A stretch of DNA of 64,000 bases, taken from assembly GCA_038087875.1 (NCBI GenBank), contig CM075989.1:3348001-3412000 (forward strand), written 5' to 3'. The notes below the pieces were generated by a model. That model was given only the letters and a program-made list of their open reading frames with translations. It had not been told where the DNA came from and did no database searches. Shown piece by piece: positions 61,753-64,000 of this stretch (its first letter is position 1; every line of letters starts with the position of its first letter). The position numbers and the translations under genes were made by a program. Source of the stretch: Malacoraja senta (lineage: Eukaryota).

Positions 61753-64000
61753 CAGATACGAGTTGGTCTTGGCGTCATGTTTAGCACATACATGGTGGGT
61801 TCCTGTGCTGTACCGTTCTATGTTCAACTCATGCAGCTTTAATCTCGAGATACAAACTCCAGGGTCTTCATATTTCCAGCCACTGTCATCAGTTATTATC
61901 AAATAATGAATCTACTCTGATTAAAGTGACATGCTGGGTGGTGTCACACATACCAGCTGCCCTCCCCCATACCCATTCATCATAAGTGTACCACATTGAT
62001 TATTGATTTGCAAGCTGTTTGACTGCAACCTATCTTAGCAATATTTGATATTTTTATAGGCATGCACATTTCAGAGATTACAGGATACACAAGTACCACC
62101 AATGAATTACTTTTTTACTCCTCTCGGACTGAAGTTGCAGATGTCAATAGCAGCGTCTGGATTTATACTTAAGAAGAGATCAAATAACTAATACAGACAG
62201 GGACAAGGTGTTGGGGTAACTCAGTGGGTCAGGCAGCATCTTTGAAGAACATAGATAGGCGATGTTTCAGGTTGGAACCCTTCTTTAGACTGGATAGGTA
62301 ACCTTAGATCTTGACCTGAACCATCATCACCTATCCATGATTAGTTTAGAGTACAGTGTGGAAACCGGCCTTCCAGCCAACCAAGTCCGCGCCAACCAGC
62401 AATCCCTGCATACTAACACTATCCGACACACACTAGGAACAATTTACAATTTTACGAAACCAATTAACCTACTAACCTGTATGCCTTTGGAGTGTGGGAG
62501 GAAACCGGAGCAGCCTGAAAAAACCAACGCAGGTCATGGGGAGAACATACAGACAGCACCCGTGGTCAGGATCTAACCCAGGTCTCCGGCGCTGTATGGC
62601 AGCAACTCTACCGCTGCACCACTGTGCCGCCGCATGTTCTCCAGGGGTGCTGTCTGATCGGCTAAGTTCTTCCAGCATTTCATGTCTTTTTTGCTGGTTC
62701 CTAATTTCTTCAATACAGGTATGGATGCATGAGATACAGTGGCCTGGTAGCATACACCGTAAAATTTAATTTTAGATGTTTGATAATCTTGAGCCATGGC
62801 CAATCAGTAAACAAGCCAACTTTTATATTCCATTGGTGATGCTTTGATCATTTCACTACATACCAGTGACTCTAGGGCTCATGAATATTTTTCACCACAG
62901 GATAAAGTATACCATTATATAGTACCAGTACCCAGTGGGGATTTATACTCTTTGTAAATGTTTTTTGTGACTGTTATTATTTATATCTTACATTATTTAT
63001 ACATTACCGGAAAGAAAGCAGGAATTTTGATCTCACAATAAGACTACCCTGCAGCTTGATTATTAATTAAATATTGTTTTAAATATTCATTTCACAACCA
63101 GGGTTATGAAAAGAGACCATCCTGTCAAAAATTTTTACATGATACAATATTAGATTGAATAAATCAAAAGATCTTGCATTTATATTGCTTATTTCTTAAC
63201 CTCGGGTCTTTCCAAAAAATGATAGCATCCAAACTGCTCCATTGTTGCAGTGTAGAAAATGCACCAATCTTTGCAAAATAAGATCGACACAAAAAGCTGG
63301 AGTAACTCAGCGGGACAGGCAGTATCGCTGGAGAGAAGGAATGGGACGTTTCTTCAGACTGGTTAAGGATAAGGGAAACGAGAGGTACAGACAGTGATGC
63401 AGAGAGATAAAGAACAATGAATGAAAGATATGCAAAAAAGTAACGATGCCCGAGAAAACAGGCCATTGTCTCTATTAACATCAGTGATTATAAGATAAGA
63501 TTAGCCGTTTTAGATAATCAGATAGTTGCGGGAATACCAGATCAACTGATAAATGTATCAGGTTAAGATAGAGAATAACTGCAGCATTTGTTCCTATATT
63601 CTCACTCTTTTCTCACCTTACGCCACTCAATTCAAAAGCCATTTCTATTGGATCCAACAGTCATCATACAGCCTGGAATCAGGCACTTCGGCCCAACTCG
63701 TCCATGTCGACCAATATACCCCATCTAAGGTCCTACCTGCCCCCATTTGACCCATATCCCTCTAAACCTTTCCTATCCATGTACCTGTCCAAGTTTAGAT
63801 TCTATTAGCGATGCAGAGTGAATCAGGCCATTCGGCTCCCCACGTCCGCACCGATTACCGATCACCCAAACACTAGGGACAACTCACAGAAGCCAATTAA
63901 CCAGCAAACCTGCACATCTTTGGAATGTGGGAGGAAAGCGGAGCACTCCGAGAAAATCCAGGTGGTCTCAGGGAGAACGTACATACCTCATACAGATAGT

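Noticed and set aside
62800..64000. MRPL46 first exon or MRPS11 bidirectional promoter
   Set aside because: No matching N-terminal coding sequence or CpG island is visible; it probably lies beyond the window.

Overview
Eukaryotic, repeat-dominated genomic DNA from a cartilaginous fish, most likely a skate or ray, judged from the abundant HE1-type V-SINEs and HER1/CR1 LINEs. The only host gene I can support is the 3' part of MRPL46 (mitochondrial ribosomal protein L46): three coding exons on the minus strand (60700-60502, 57481-57308, 56940-56678) with GT-AG splice sites in matching phases. Its first exon lies beyond the right edge. The remaining ~56 kb is intergenic and filled with nested transposons: CR1, L1, L2, Rex1/Babar, RTE and Penelope-like retroelements, tRNA-derived SINEs, and non-autonomous hAT-, Harbinger- and P-like DNA transposons. 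Most ORFs in the supplied track are repeat fragments. Main discovery: a ~145-bp non-coding retroposon (15213-15357 on +, 33494-33637 on -) whose first 54 nt fold into a minimal CPEB3/HDV-like self-cleaving ribozyme. The element starts exactly at the predicted cleavage G, ends in (AAG)n and has target-site duplications (TSDs). Both copies sit inside the terminus of a Penelope pLTR-type repeat, a family that carries a hammerhead-like core. Also present: a 3.26-kb tandem duplication with an identical 3' part, and a ~590-bp microhomology-flanked templated insertion. Family names come from my recognition of sequence motifs, not from database searches. Repeat boundaries without TSDs are approximate.
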